Below are positions 31,701 to 39,849 of a DNA stretch of 60,828 bases, piece by piece (the stretch's first letter is position 1; each line of letters opens with the position of its first letter). A program made the position numbers and the translations under genes. This DNA is from a virus. Its lineage: Duplodnaviria; Caudoviricetes. Below the pieces are notes generated by a model. That model made no database searches. It was not told where the DNA came from and saw only the letters and a list, made by a program, of their open reading frames with translations. Location: IMG/VR virus record IMGVR_UViG_3300035670_000220, positions 1-60,828 of that record. One strand, given 5' to 3'.

Positions 31701-31817
31701 GATTGCAGAAGGAATATTTGAGTTCTTAAAGTAGATGAAGTTCTGGTCATCATTGACGTTCATGCGCCTAAATGAGTGAACCCCAGCCGCTCCAGCAGTT
31801 TGGATGTTTACAGCCAC
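25746..31817 (-). CDS. Giant (2023 aa) virion structural protein with a glycine-rich domain and many HG(F/L) beta-repeats
   Basis: Polyglycine domain, repeated HGF..G..V.Y...GL...YYV modules, and blocks RQTRKYFRYQSGKG and DYSWYGAGKIRFG recalled from large phage structural proteins. Confidence 0.75.
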   Translation of the reverse strand: MAVNIQTAGAAGVHSFRRMNVNDDQNFIYFKNSNIPSAITTGTSYIYSDGVGEVAGLPDGSLVFAQRLSPRVLSFTDSSDVEIDITGSTEGGVTFNTPVLSESVLNIGSSTPTNQAVKYYTAGDPMTGLTSGNTYFLKNVEATFSGVQSLYTIQGNTHTFTTCGQTGRVGPTAAQILTGYSTSWHGQYIQQGDFQGYQDWVVPVSGLYQFEARGAAGYEGTGSYTRTINQTSLTSNVARIRTTAAHGLAVGRTFTISSASNGTYNGTYTVLEVINSTEFTYSRTSGNIGLASSSGTVTASSNVGRGAIVRGKVSLTKGEIITIAVGQRGSAPDSGTVWGGSGGGTFVVRKTGNEPLFVAGGGAGEPNAFSGQDAVLTQLGGVSTNGTLANATTPGFGGRANIGNTRGRSAGGGGFFSRGENSIFGEQGGGSFLDGLTANSNGSRIGGEGGFGGGGSSDGTNTGQSGGGGGYSGGGGAKSTATNESGGGGGSYITTTAIDVATSTGDYDGAPTFNGNPITNLSSYNTGEGSVVLTLVSSFTTGNEVYPTAADADAGTNRISISAAGNSYHAFVPINFDVDNDLIYSAAPHGLVDNQAVIPTFYSATPVGISNTDILYVDKVDNFTYRLQALTLPDTYSTVNLTVPSGRSTDQSDILSRVVVNTVTDTLTITAHGFTVDQPIRYDNGSGNDAGINVGSIAPLQHLTTYYVSEVLNANQIKLKVALDAPTNINFTAPGEGTSHSFIFITVNELEDSLFIPNHGLVSGQAVRYNNGGGTTIPGLVNDNIYYIFRENASIVRLALTPALNSFANITGVGTGTQSLFIVSLDYDNNTITVPNHGFLQKELVLYDAKGQTPVSGLTTATPYYVIFVSGDLIKLALTPEDADAGIAVDLTASPAGVGVHSLQSLSKTPDGIYSIATVPSPTSFTARAAGRVPTITKTFNPRTSIDLNLNAFYIPSHGFLTGTEIEYDKGDSATVITGLTDLEHYYVVTINRDYIKLATTPENAVAGVTLEVDDYGTGVAHKFITNQINGNITGSGSVTIEAGSVLVNGTGTSFSKILKVGDRFRLFPPNITLVNSFTPGNINTVNNRIVIADHGFTTGDTVTFSTGGGVAPSPLIDQYYYFVRAVDANSYTLHPSRADAESDSNTVDISTTGTVGESGFFTFTRTTPSGPIVRRITAIGSDTQISVDRPYATAYNAVSYSYPTFIYVRPEGYSLHRPFDGGVEMSAGAGTSFAQIVRQTRKYFRYQSGKGIQTSAGINFKPSIDIESMTRIGSSSTIQVKTRRPHGLISGLTIEVSEAKDSYGDPSSVYNGEFQVTVIDLTTFTVPANGEIVEPKAYGFPQFYVMSWQNGAVRSGMFDFQNGMFFEFDGQKLYAVRRSSTQQAAGTVAALQGSELIFGTGTNFQAQFDVGDYIVMRGQSYRIVEIDSDTRMAVRPEYKGSSGPEKEFDPSEVVDIANDMFEIVGHGFSNLLPVIYNSIDGEPIGGLINGRTYYVDLTSEGTDNNAFKLKGSPDAETPVNLSSVGTTNIHSFTPAKSGIIVTKTVDTRVPQEDFSIDPLDGTGVTGYNLDLSRIQMIYMDYSWYGAGKIRFGFKTSDGQVQYAHEFVHNNSLFESYFRSGNLPARYEVTTFENPTYIPFLFHWGTSVMMDGRFDDDNAYLFTAGSQTLNVAGTTPKSFSSAGIDLNTDLFTVLEHGFRSGDVLQFQSIAADGFPGPNSQNPATQVVGSNTFANLTNGAKYKAFVNSPNLIHLSPENAVITVGATIARTGSTVTVTTATPHGIPASNFIGLYFIETAAGAAIPNLPSYYVGSVTVTSTTTFTFTVTGSATVASTPIPNAAIGEIINFTNQGNIQYTYFLYPNGSLNNTSGPNYQPLISLRLSPSVSEGLTGGLGDRDVINRMQLRLKEVGISSNELVDVKMLLNPRLNNLNFVGVDSPSLTQIVEHTAQDTVSGGVQVYNFRAAGGNIETTVDVGSLFELSNSILGGGSIFPDGPDIITIAVARLTGNTTRTSAKLSWSEAQA

Positions 31818-31845
31818 TTAAAGACCTCCGCGTAGATATTTCTCA

Positions 31846-34800
31846 TTAGGACACAACGCCAATCTTGTACCTAATAACTACGATTCCAGAACCACCAGAA
31901 CCGCCGTAGTTATTTGAGTTGTAGTGAGAGCCACCGCCACCACCAGAACCAGTGTTAGCGCCAGCATTTCCGCCTGGTCGGTTAGTTTGGGAGTTAATAC
32001 TTCCTCCACCGCCCTGAGCGCCTCGGTTGATGCCGTCTAAACCACCGTTGTCGTAGTTGTTTGCAGCACCACCGCCGCCGCCTCCGCGACCTCCAGCGTT
32101 TGCACCAAATGCGGAGTAGTTTGAACCACCACCACCAGCAGCCCAGTAATAGCTGGGGCCTAGAATGGTATTGAGTGTTCCGTCTCCACCTTTACCTGGG
32201 TTGCTACGGCCTGCTTCAGCAGAGCCACCGCCACCACCCGGATACCAAGTGCCAGACCCAGTTCCGCCGTCTGTACCTTGACCCGGTGTTCCTGTACCTC
32301 TACGGCTTCCACCGTAGGTGCTGTTAATTCCAGCGTTGGTCTGAGCGTTTCCTCCACCGCCTGAACAACCACCGCCAGAGCCAACGGTCACGCCGTTGTT
32401 AACACCACCAGCAGGGTTGTTTCCACGGTCGTGGTTTGAAGCACCGCCACCGCCACCAAAGGCGACTAGGTTTGTTCCATTACCAACAAGGGAAGAGCTT
32501 CCACCTTCCCAACCTCGGCGGTTACCGACACCAGAGTTGTTTCCGCTACCGCCAGCACCTACAACTACTGTGTAGTTTCCTGCTACAGCAGGGAAGTTAC
32601 CAGCAAGGTAACCACCAGCGCCTCCACCGCCACCCATGTCTGAGCCGCCGCTTCCACCGCCGCCAATGACCATGTATTCAAGGGTGTTACTTCCAAGTGA
32701 TGCGCTTCCTGGATTGGTAACTGTAAAAGTTGAAGTTCCAGTGTTGTAGAAAGCGTGAACAGCGTAAATATCACTACCAACCGTAACAGTGGTAACAGTT
32801 CCGCCAGATGCAACTGGGTAATCTCCTGATGGAGGAGGTGTGATTGGGTAGCGAACTACAACAATTCCAGAACCACCGCTTCGGCTGTTTGTTGCTGCTT
32901 GGTGAGCGTGCCCACCAGCGCCACCGCCAGTGTTTGCGCCACCGCTACCACCATGACCACTGCTGGTGCTTCCAGTTCCACTTCCGCCGGGGTTAATACC
33001 TTCTGTGTTTCCAGTGCCTGGTCCACCAGCAGACCAGTAACCACCACCACCACCACCGCCGCGACCGCCGTTGCCTGCTCGGTCTGAGTAACCAGAAGCA
33101 CCGCCGCCGCCGCCAAACCAGTAAGTTGTTCCTAGGATGGAACTTGTTTTTCCATCGCCACCTTGTGCGCCTGGGTTACCGCGACCGCTTTGACCAGCGC
33201 CACCAGCGCCACCACCGCCACCCGCGTACCACGAACCGCCAGTTGTTCCACCCGCAAAACCTTGACCAGTAGTGCCTGGTGCAGCGTTACCGTTACGTCC
33301 AGAAGCACCACCACCAGAGGCATAGCCTGACAAAGCGGGCGCACTGTTTGAGTCGTGAACACCAGCACCGCCACCGCCACCAAGTGCAGTCACGCCGAAT
33401 GCACTAGAGCTCTCACCAGCAGAACCTCTTGAGAGAGAGTTTCTTGAACCATAAGGCTGATTACTGCTCTGACCACCAGCGCCAACAACGATTGGGTATG
33501 TACCAGCCGAGACAGAAGTTGTTCCTTGAAGAACGCCTCCGCCGCCTCCGCCGCCGCCCATATCTGCACCACCGCCACCGCCACCGCCGACGACGAGGTA
33601 TTCAACTTCAGAACTTGGGGGTGCGTTTTCGACTACAAAGCTGCTGTTTCCAACGGATGTAAATGCATGGACTTTATAGAACCTTCCATCGTTGTAAGCA
33701 TTAGGAAGAATCGTTCCACCTGTTGCTGTAACTGGGATAAAGGTACTTTCAGTAAGTCTGTAATTGTGAGCATCGTAAGCTACTTCTACATAGTAAAACT
33801 TTTGCTCATAATTAGCGCCAAACTCACCGCCAGCGGGAGATGCGTACTCTAGAAGTTCGTACCTATCAAAGTTCGCGTCTTTAATGTGAAAAATATCTTT
33901 ATCAATAGAGACACCAATTTTTGTAAATGTCTGAGTACCTGAACCGCCCGATGGTGTCAAGAATGCAGTGTCATCTGGAAGAGACTTAAGTCTTATGTTG
34001 TAAAGGTCGCCGCTTGATGGTGCAAATTCACCAATAAAGTATGTGGTGTTGTTTGTCAGTCCAGAAGCCGCTGCGCCCGTGGTTGAGTAAAACACCATCG
34101 CGCCAACGTAATAATCAAGACCAGCCCCAGCGGCTGTGGAAACCAAAATGCTGTCTGCTGTATAACCCAAAACAGTGCAATCACCGTTAGGAGCTAGTTC
34201 ATTGTCTGCTTCTCCGACATAACCTTGGTTGCCGCCGTCAAAAGGAATAGCGTCACCGACCACGATGTCAATTTCAACTTCGGTGAGTGGGTCTACGTTG
34301 TTTCCAGCAAAAGTACGAGCTTGGTTGGCGAGCTGGAAAGTTCCAGAGATAGAAGCAAGAATTGGAATTACGTCACCGTCTGGCAATGCACTGACTTGGA
34401 AAGTAGAAGTTGATGTGCCTAAGCCATCAGTTGTTTTTAAGAAGATAACTCCTCTTGGATTAGTGGCAAAGTACCCAGCACCGCCAGTAATCGAGTAATA
34501 AAGAGGAGTTCCTAGCTTTTGTCCTGCAAAGTTTTCGGAACCGTGAGCAACAGTGATGGTGTTGTCTGTTGTGCTGACAGATGAAACGGTACTTGTGGTA
34601 CCTCCAACTGTTGCAGAGTTAGACCAGTCAATGTTGATTGAGGAAAGTGTGTTTGAGCCATCAAAAGTTTGAGCAATTGCAGAGTTAGTTGAGTCAAAAG
34701 ACTTTGCTGCGTTGTTGTTCGCTTGGAACTCTTGCGAGATGGTTGAGTTGAGGTTTAGGAAGTAAAAAGGCGTGTTTACCTTAAAACCATGGGCGCTTTC

Positions 34801-35355
34801 TGTCTGAACTGTCAGAGTAGAAATTGATTGGTTGTCTGTGACAATTCCCGAAGAGTCGGAAATTCGAATCTGAGAGCCTTGGAAGAATTCGCCAGTAATA
34901 ATAGAAGAGTAGAGGTCCTCAATAGAGGAAGTATTTGGCTGGTTAGCTTTACACAAGTAGGTAAAGGTAGTTAAGTTTGGGATTGAGTTTACGATGTAAG
35001 AACCATCAGCTGTTACAGACTTAGTTCCTGTCACCTGAATAGGGGTTCCGCTTGAAATCCCGTGAGCTGAAGCGGTTGTTACCGTAATTTCTCTTGTACC
35101 AGCATTAGTAGTGATTGAGAGAATGTTGGGGATAGTGGTGTCACCCGACTTCGAGAAGAAGGACGGGGTGTTATTAATGAGCTCGACTGTTTCCCACTTG
35201 GTAGGCTGAAGACCATACTCAAAGTCGGTGTCGATAAGGTTCTCGGGCTGAGAAACCCTAAATTTAGTTACTGGGTCGATGAACTCTTTAGGAAAAGAGA
35301 TTTCGCCGCCTGTGGTACCACTGGAGCTACCACCACCACCAAGAAAACCAGGCAT
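31846..35355 (-). CDS. Large virion structural protein with two tandem glycine-rich domains
   Basis: N-terminal KFRVSQPENLIDTDFEYG; two VHAF...EY(L/M)V(V/I)GGGG...GGSGIVV(V/I)RY domains. Confidence 0.75.
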   Translation of the reverse strand: MPGFLGGGGSSSGTTGGEISFPKEFIDPVTKFRVSQPENLIDTDFEYGLQPTKWETVELINNTPSFFSKSGDTTIPNILSITTNAGTREITVTTASAHGISSGTPIQVTGTKSVTADGSYIVNSIPNLTTFTYLCKANQPNTSSIEDLYSSIITGEFFQGSQIRISDSSGIVTDNQSISTLTVQTESAHGFKVNTPFYFLNLNSTISQEFQANNNAAKSFDSTNSAIAQTFDGSNTLSSINIDWSNSATVGGTTSTVSSVSTTDNTITVAHGSENFAGQKLGTPLYYSITGGAGYFATNPRGVIFLKTTDGLGTSTSTFQVSALPDGDVIPILASISGTFQLANQARTFAGNNVDPLTEVEIDIVVGDAIPFDGGNQGYVGEADNELAPNGDCTVLGYTADSILVSTAAGAGLDYYVGAMVFYSTTGAAASGLTNNTTYFIGEFAPSSGDLYNIRLKSLPDDTAFLTPSGGSGTQTFTKIGVSIDKDIFHIKDANFDRYELLEYASPAGGEFGANYEQKFYYVEVAYDAHNYRLTESTFIPVTATGGTILPNAYNDGRFYKVHAFTSVGNSSFVVENAPPSSEVEYLVVGGGGGGGADMGGGGGGGGVLQGTTSVSAGTYPIVVGAGGQSSNQPYGSRNSLSRGSAGESSSAFGVTALGGGGGAGVHDSNSAPALSGYASGGGASGRNGNAAPGTTGQGFAGGTTGGSWYAGGGGGAGGAGQSGRGNPGAQGGDGKTSSILGTTYWFGGGGGASGYSDRAGNGGRGGGGGGGYWSAGGPGTGNTEGINPGGSGTGSTSSGHGGSGGANTGGGAGGHAHQAATNSRSGGSGIVVVRYPITPPPSGDYPVASGGTVTTVTVGSDIYAVHAFYNTGTSTFTVTNPGSASLGSNTLEYMVIGGGGSGGSDMGGGGGAGGYLAGNFPAVAGNYTVVVGAGGSGNNSGVGNRRGWEGGSSSLVGNGTNLVAFGGGGGASNHDRGNNPAGGVNNGVTVGSGGGCSGGGGNAQTNAGINSTYGGSRRGTGTPGQGTDGGTGSGTWYPGGGGGSAEAGRSNPGKGGDGTLNTILGPSYYWAAGGGGSNYSAFGANAGGRGGGGGGAANNYDNGGLDGINRGAQGGGGSINSQTNRPGGNAGANTGSGGGGGSHYNSNNYGGSGGSGIVVIRYKIGVVS

Positions 35356-35438
35356 TAGCTTTTACCTCTTCTGAACGGGACACAACCGCTAATAGAATAC
35401 CACCAGCAAGTTTTAGTGATTTTGTTTTTAATCATAAT

Positions 35439-36089
35439 CTAAACTCCAAGCCACCATGTTGTAGATACAGCAATAGTGCTCTGAGAGCCAGTAGGACCTG
35501 TCGGACCTAGCAATCCTCCTGCTGTCTCAACAAAAACTCCGTCAAAGTACACATAAGTCTTTGCTGTGTTTGTATCAAACCATGCATCACCGTTAGTTGC
35601 GGTCTCGATATCTGGTTGTGTGGGGGACGCAGTGAATTTTCCAACTGGTCCAGTGGGTCCAGTAGGGCCTGGAATATCTGAAGCAGCTCCAGTAGGTCCA
35701 GTAGGACCAGTCTGTCCACGGGGGCCTGTCGGTCCTTGAGGGCCTGGAACATAGGAATCCGCACCAGTAGGTCCTGTGACACCGATAATTCCTTGAAGAC
35801 CTTGAGGTCCTTGAGGACCAGTAATACCCTGAGGACCAGTCGGTCCAGTGGGCCCGACAGGACCAGCAACATCTGAAACTGGGCCTGTGGGTCCTTGAAT
35901 ACCTTGAGGACCAGTGGCTCCCTGTGCACCAGTAGCTCCAGTTGGTCCTTGAATACCCTGAGGACCAGTTGGACCAGTTGGGGTTACACGAAGTGCCTCC
36001 CAAACTGTCCCAGTCCAAACCCAAGTTTGACCACCAGACGTAAATTCTTCGCCAACAACTGTTGGTTCTGGGAAATCAATCGCTGCCAT
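35439..36089 (-). CDS. Collagen-like fibre protein
   Basis: MAAIDFP...QTWVWTG..W N-terminus, GPT/GPQ triplets, GDAWFDT...YVYFDG module; SD AGGAGG. Confidence 0.85.
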   Translation of the reverse strand: MAAIDFPEPTVVGEEFTSGGQTWVWTGTVWEALRVTPTGPTGPQGIQGPTGATGAQGATGPQGIQGPTGPVSDVAGPVGPTGPTGPQGITGPQGPQGLQGIIGVTGPTGADSYVPGPQGPTGPRGQTGPTGPTGAASDIPGPTGPTGPVGKFTASPTQPDIETATNGDAWFDTNTAKTYVYFDGVFVETAGGLLGPTGPTGSQSTIAVSTTWWLGV

Positions 36090-36136
36090 TCTGACCCTCC
36101 TTTCTTAATCCTTGTCTTATTGTACTTTCATACCGA

Positions 36137-36310
36137 CTAAGCAATCTGAGGCTCGATGAGCCCAGAATTCTTTGCTGATGTGTATTGTTCTGCCCAATTG
36201 ATGGCTGCAACCAAGGTTTCCCAAGGACCACACTCATCAATAACATTGTCTGCGTACAGAATCTCGACCATTGGGCCTCTATCTGTCTCAACAATTCTGT
36301 ACCAGTGCAT
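36137..36310 (-). CDS. Small hypothetical protein (57 aa), absent from the ORF track
   Basis: Hand translation MHWYRIVETDRGPMVEILYADNVIDECGPWETLVAAINWAEQYTSAKNSGLIEPQIA; GGAG SD; fills the gap without overlap. Confidence 0.65.
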   Translation of the reverse strand: MHWYRIVETDRGPMVEILYADNVIDECGPWETLVAAINWAEQYTSAKNSGLIEPQIA

Positions 36311-36318
36311 CTCTCCAC

Positions 36319-37236
36319 CTATACCGAGTAGATAATTTTTCCAGAGTCAGCAACTGCAATGCCGACTGTTTCTGAGTAATAAATATCATTGATATTGGTA
36401 AGCCCTAGACCCGAGCTTCTCTGCGTCCAAGTCAAACCATCAATGTTTGATGTTGCAAGCTTTCCAGCAGAACCACCAGCTAGATAACCACCACCATTGA
36501 AATCAACGGCTTTCACAGTTGAAGAGCCGAAAGTGCTGGTTGGGAATGTCTGAGACCAAGAAATTCCATCATAAGAAATGGCAATTTTTCCTGAGTCTCC
36601 AACTGCTAGATATGTAGACCCTGTGTAGTCGGAAACAACATCATAGATGATACTAGAAACAAACGAAGAGCTTCTTTGAGTCCAATTCACTCCATTTGTA
36701 GATGTTGCTAGCTTTCCGTCATAACCAGCAGCGACCAAAAGGTTTGGGGATGAGTAAACGGTATTTATGAATGTGACACCGAAAGATGAAGTCCTTTGGG
36801 TCCACTCAATTCCGTCTATTGATGTGGCAAGTTTTCCTGATGCCCCCACTGCAACCCACTGGTCAGCCAAAGGTGACCAAGTAACAGAAAGAATTGCGCT
36901 GGCTCCGAAAGAAGAGGTTCTGAGGGTCCAATTAATTCCGTCAGTTGATGTGGCAAGCTTTCCTGAACTTCCTCCAGCAACATAGATACCGTCTCCATAT
37001 CCAACGGCGTAAATATTGCTTTCTGCAAACGGCGAAGTTTGTAGTGACCAAGAAGAGCCAACGTCTACCGAAACACCAATTTTCCCAGAACTACCAACAG
37101 CAACAAACTGGCCTAACTCATTGGAGGCCAACGCATTTACATTGGTCGTACCAAAAGGAGATGAAGCAAGTTGCCAGCCAGCAGCAATAAACTCTGCTTC
37201 TAAAGTTGCGTGAATGGCATGGGAGGAAATTAACAT
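36319..37236 (-). CDS. Beta-propeller repeat protein (BNR/Ycf48-like), probable fibre tip or receptor-binding protein
   Basis: About seven ~43-aa repeats (VAxGxSGKLATSxDGxxWTxRxSSF); start re-placed at ATG 37236. Confidence 0.8.
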   Translation of the reverse strand: MLISSHAIHATLEAEFIAAGWQLASSPFGTTNVNALASNELGQFVAVGSSGKIGVSVDVGSSWSLQTSPFAESNIYAVGYGDGIYVAGGSSGKLATSTDGINWTLRTSSFGASAILSVTWSPLADQWVAVGASGKLATSIDGIEWTQRTSSFGVTFINTVYSSPNLLVAAGYDGKLATSTNGVNWTQRSSSFVSSIIYDVVSDYTGSTYLAVGDSGKIAISYDGISWSQTFPTSTFGSSTVKAVDFNGGGYLAGGSAGKLATSNIDGLTWTQRSSGLGLTNINDIYYSETVGIAVADSGKIIYSV

Positions 37237-37238
37237 TT

Positions 37239-39146
37239 TTATACCGTCAAATTTCCACTGAGTAGCCAAGAATTAGGTCCAAGCTTAATCAAAGAAGCAA
37301 TTGCGTATCGAGCTTTAGTAATAATTCTTGAACCTTCTGAAAGAACACTAACCCCAGCAGCTCCAACGACAGTAACCTGACCAACACCTAGCTGTACGAC
37401 AACAATTTGCGTACCAGTTGGGAATGTATATCCACCAGCTCCATCCAACGGAACCGTAAGTGTCATTGCAGCAGAACTGTTCATTTTTACGATTGAAGCA
37501 ACATCTGCTTCTGAAAGAGTTACAGAGTTCAGATACTGGGGACCGACAAGCTCAAAGTTTGCTGGACCAGTAGGGCCAGTATCTCCTTGCGGACCAGTAA
37601 CTGCTGGACCTGTGGGCCCAGTTGGACCGGGAACAGTTGAAGCAGCACCAGTTGGACCTGTTGCTCCATCTTGACCATCTAAACCAGATGCACCTGTAGG
37701 TCCTTGAATACCCTGAGGACCTGTTGGACCAACAATCTGACCAACGTTGTTCCAAACAACGCCATTCCACACATACAAATCGCCTTCGTCATTGACGATG
37801 TATGCGTCATTTGTAACGTTCCCGCTTGTTGGAAGTTGTGAGGCTGTACCAACACTTCCCTTAAGTTGGATGGCTGTCCCTTGAGGTCCAGTGGGGCCAG
37901 TTGCTCCTCTGGTACCACCGCCGACTACAACATTCCATGAACTGTATGTGTTTCCTACACCATTAGCACCATCAAGAGTCACGGTGAATGAAGTACCAGC
38001 AATGTTGGTTAGAGTTCCCTCCATCCAGTTGGTGGGGACAAGCTGACTAGCCAACCTTGTTCTTGTACCTAAAGCAAATGCTCCTACTTGATTAACAATA
38101 AAGTTGACTGTTCCACTAGAAGAAATAGTTAAGTTGCTGAGAGAAGTAATTCCAGCAAAACTTGCTCCAGTTACACCAGTAGGTCCTGTTGGTCCAGTTA
38201 CTGCTGGTCCAGTAGGTCCAGTTGGTCCTGCAACCGTGCTATCCGCACCTGTTGGTCCAGTAGGACCCTGAGGACCAGTGGGACCCGGAATTGTCGAAGC
38301 AGCACCAGTTGCACCAGTTGCACCAGTTGCACCACGAAGACCTGCGTCTCCAGTTGGACCAGTTGGGCCCGTTCCACCAGTAGCTCCAGTCGGTCCTGTC
38401 GGACCACCCGAAGGTCCTGTAGGACCTGTCGCTCCTGTTGCACCAGTAACTGAAGGTCCTGTTGCACCTGTTGCACCTTGTGGACCAGTTGCACCCACGA
38501 AGCCTCTAGGACCTGTTGGACCAGCGGCACCTTGCGGGCCAGTTGGTCCTAGTAATCCGTCTGGACCAGTTGGGCCAATATCGCCAGTTGCACCAGTAGG
38601 ACCAGTTTGTCCAATAGGACCGCGCTCTCCTGTTGCACCTGTTGCGCCTTGTGCACCTGTTGGCCCGTAAGGACCTGTTGGGCCTGTGATATCTAAACCA
38701 TTTGCACCAGTCGGACCTGTGTTTCCTTGTGGACCAGTAGCACCAGTCGGACCAGTTGGTCCAGTAATTGTTGATGCAGGACCCTCTGGGCCAGTAGCAC
38801 CAGTTGGACCCGTAGGTCCTTCTGAACCGACCTGACTAGAAGCTGTTTCTACCCAGTAACCGTCATAGTAGACGTAAATTTTTCCAGTCTCTGAGTTGAA
38901 CCAAGAGTCACCAACATCAATGCCTGGTCCTGTTGGCGGTGTTGATGCTTCAACAATGAATGCGCCAGTTGCACCAGTAGGACCAGTTACGTTTGAGGCA
39001 GCACCAGAAGGACCAGTTGGTCCAGTAGGACCCACAACTGGTGAGATAACAAGTTCCCAAGCAACCCCAGTCCAAACCCAAGTTTGAAGACCAGACGTAA
39101 ATGTGTCGTTTACGCTCGGGCTATTAGGAAAATCAATCGCTGCCAT
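37239..39146 (-). CDS. Collagen-like fibre protein
   Basis: MAAIDFP N-terminus, long GPT/GAT runs, [12 protein letters not shown] module, C-terminal FPTGTQI...W.LSGNL domain. Confidence 0.85.
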   Translation of the reverse strand: MAAIDFPNSPSVNDTFTSGLQTWVWTGVAWELVISPVVGPTGPTGPSGAASNVTGPTGATGAFIVEASTPPTGPGIDVGDSWFNSETGKIYVYYDGYWVETASSQVGSEGPTGPTGATGPEGPASTITGPTGPTGATGPQGNTGPTGANGLDITGPTGPYGPTGAQGATGATGERGPIGQTGPTGATGDIGPTGPDGLLGPTGPQGAAGPTGPRGFVGATGPQGATGATGPSVTGATGATGPTGPSGGPTGPTGATGGTGPTGPTGDAGLRGATGATGATGAASTIPGPTGPQGPTGPTGADSTVAGPTGPTGPAVTGPTGPTGVTGASFAGITSLSNLTISSSGTVNFIVNQVGAFALGTRTRLASQLVPTNWMEGTLTNIAGTSFTVTLDGANGVGNTYSSWNVVVGGGTRGATGPTGPQGTAIQLKGSVGTASQLPTSGNVTNDAYIVNDEGDLYVWNGVVWNNVGQIVGPTGPQGIQGPTGASGLDGQDGATGPTGAASTVPGPTGPTGPAVTGPQGDTGPTGPANFELVGPQYLNSVTLSEADVASIVKMNSSAAMTLTVPLDGAGGYTFPTGTQIVVVQLGVGQVTVVGAAGVSVLSEGSRIITKARYAIASLIKLGPNSWLLSGNLTV

Positions 39147-39155
39147 TATTTACCC

Positions 39156-39842
39156 CTAGCTCAATTCCGACTCGTAAGTGAACTGAATCAAGATTTTGTC
39201 GTTGGAACCGAACAAGAATGGAGTTGTGTGAGTTACGGCTACACCCTCGTCAAACTGAGCGACCTGAGAGTGCATGTACAGTTCAATTGAGTCTGTTATT
39301 CCTCCATTGAAAATTGCAGTTCCAAAGTAGTTAACACCTGGACCCTCGTCACGCATCACCACTTGACCAACTGGTTGAAAATTCTCAACAACTCCAGCAG
39401 TTGGAAGGCTTAGTCTGTATGTTCCTTCGCCTCTAAAAAAACCAGTAGTTCCAGCAACCAATCTAATTTCACCGAAAATAGTTGCACCAACGTTCATGTA
39501 TCTACCAGTTAGTGTTCCGTTTCCTAAAACTGGATTTGTAGTTGTGGCAGTCCAGAGTGGTGTGTAATTAGTCCAAGGTTGGATTTGAAAACTTCCTGTT
39601 GGACCAGTAGGTCCAGTTGGACCAACAACATCACTGTCAGCACCCGTAGGTCCTGCTGGGCCAGTAGGTCCAGTCGGTCCAGCTTCCGTAGATGCTGGGC
39701 CTGTAGGACCAATTGGTCCAGTGGGCCCAACTGCGCTTGTTCGAACAAGACGCCATGCTTGCCCATCCCACTCATAAACGTTAATTCCATTTGAGTAGGT
39801 ATCACCCAAATCTGGGTTACTTGGAAAATCAATAATTGCCAT
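39156..39842 (-). CDS. Short collagen-like fibre protein with C-terminal beta-sandwich
   Basis: MAIIDFP N-terminus, short GPT run, WTNYTP...[10 protein letters not shown]-terminal domain. Confidence 0.8.
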   Translation of the reverse strand: MAIIDFPSNPDLGDTYSNGINVYEWDGQAWRLVRTSAVGPTGPIGPTGPASTEAGPTGPTGPAGPTGADSDVVGPTGPTGPTGSFQIQPWTNYTPLWTATTTNPVLGNGTLTGRYMNVGATIFGEIRLVAGTTGFFRGEGTYRLSLPTAGVVENFQPVGQVVMRDEGPGVNYFGTAIFNGGITDSIELYMHSQVAQFDEGVAVTHTTPFLFGSNDKILIQFTYESELS

Positions 39843-39849
39843 GTTCTAC

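Noticed and set aside
36076-36318. 80-aa ORF from the track (MERCTG...)
   Set aside because: It overlaps the next gene; a 57-aa ORF in another frame (36137-36310) has an SD and fits the gap.
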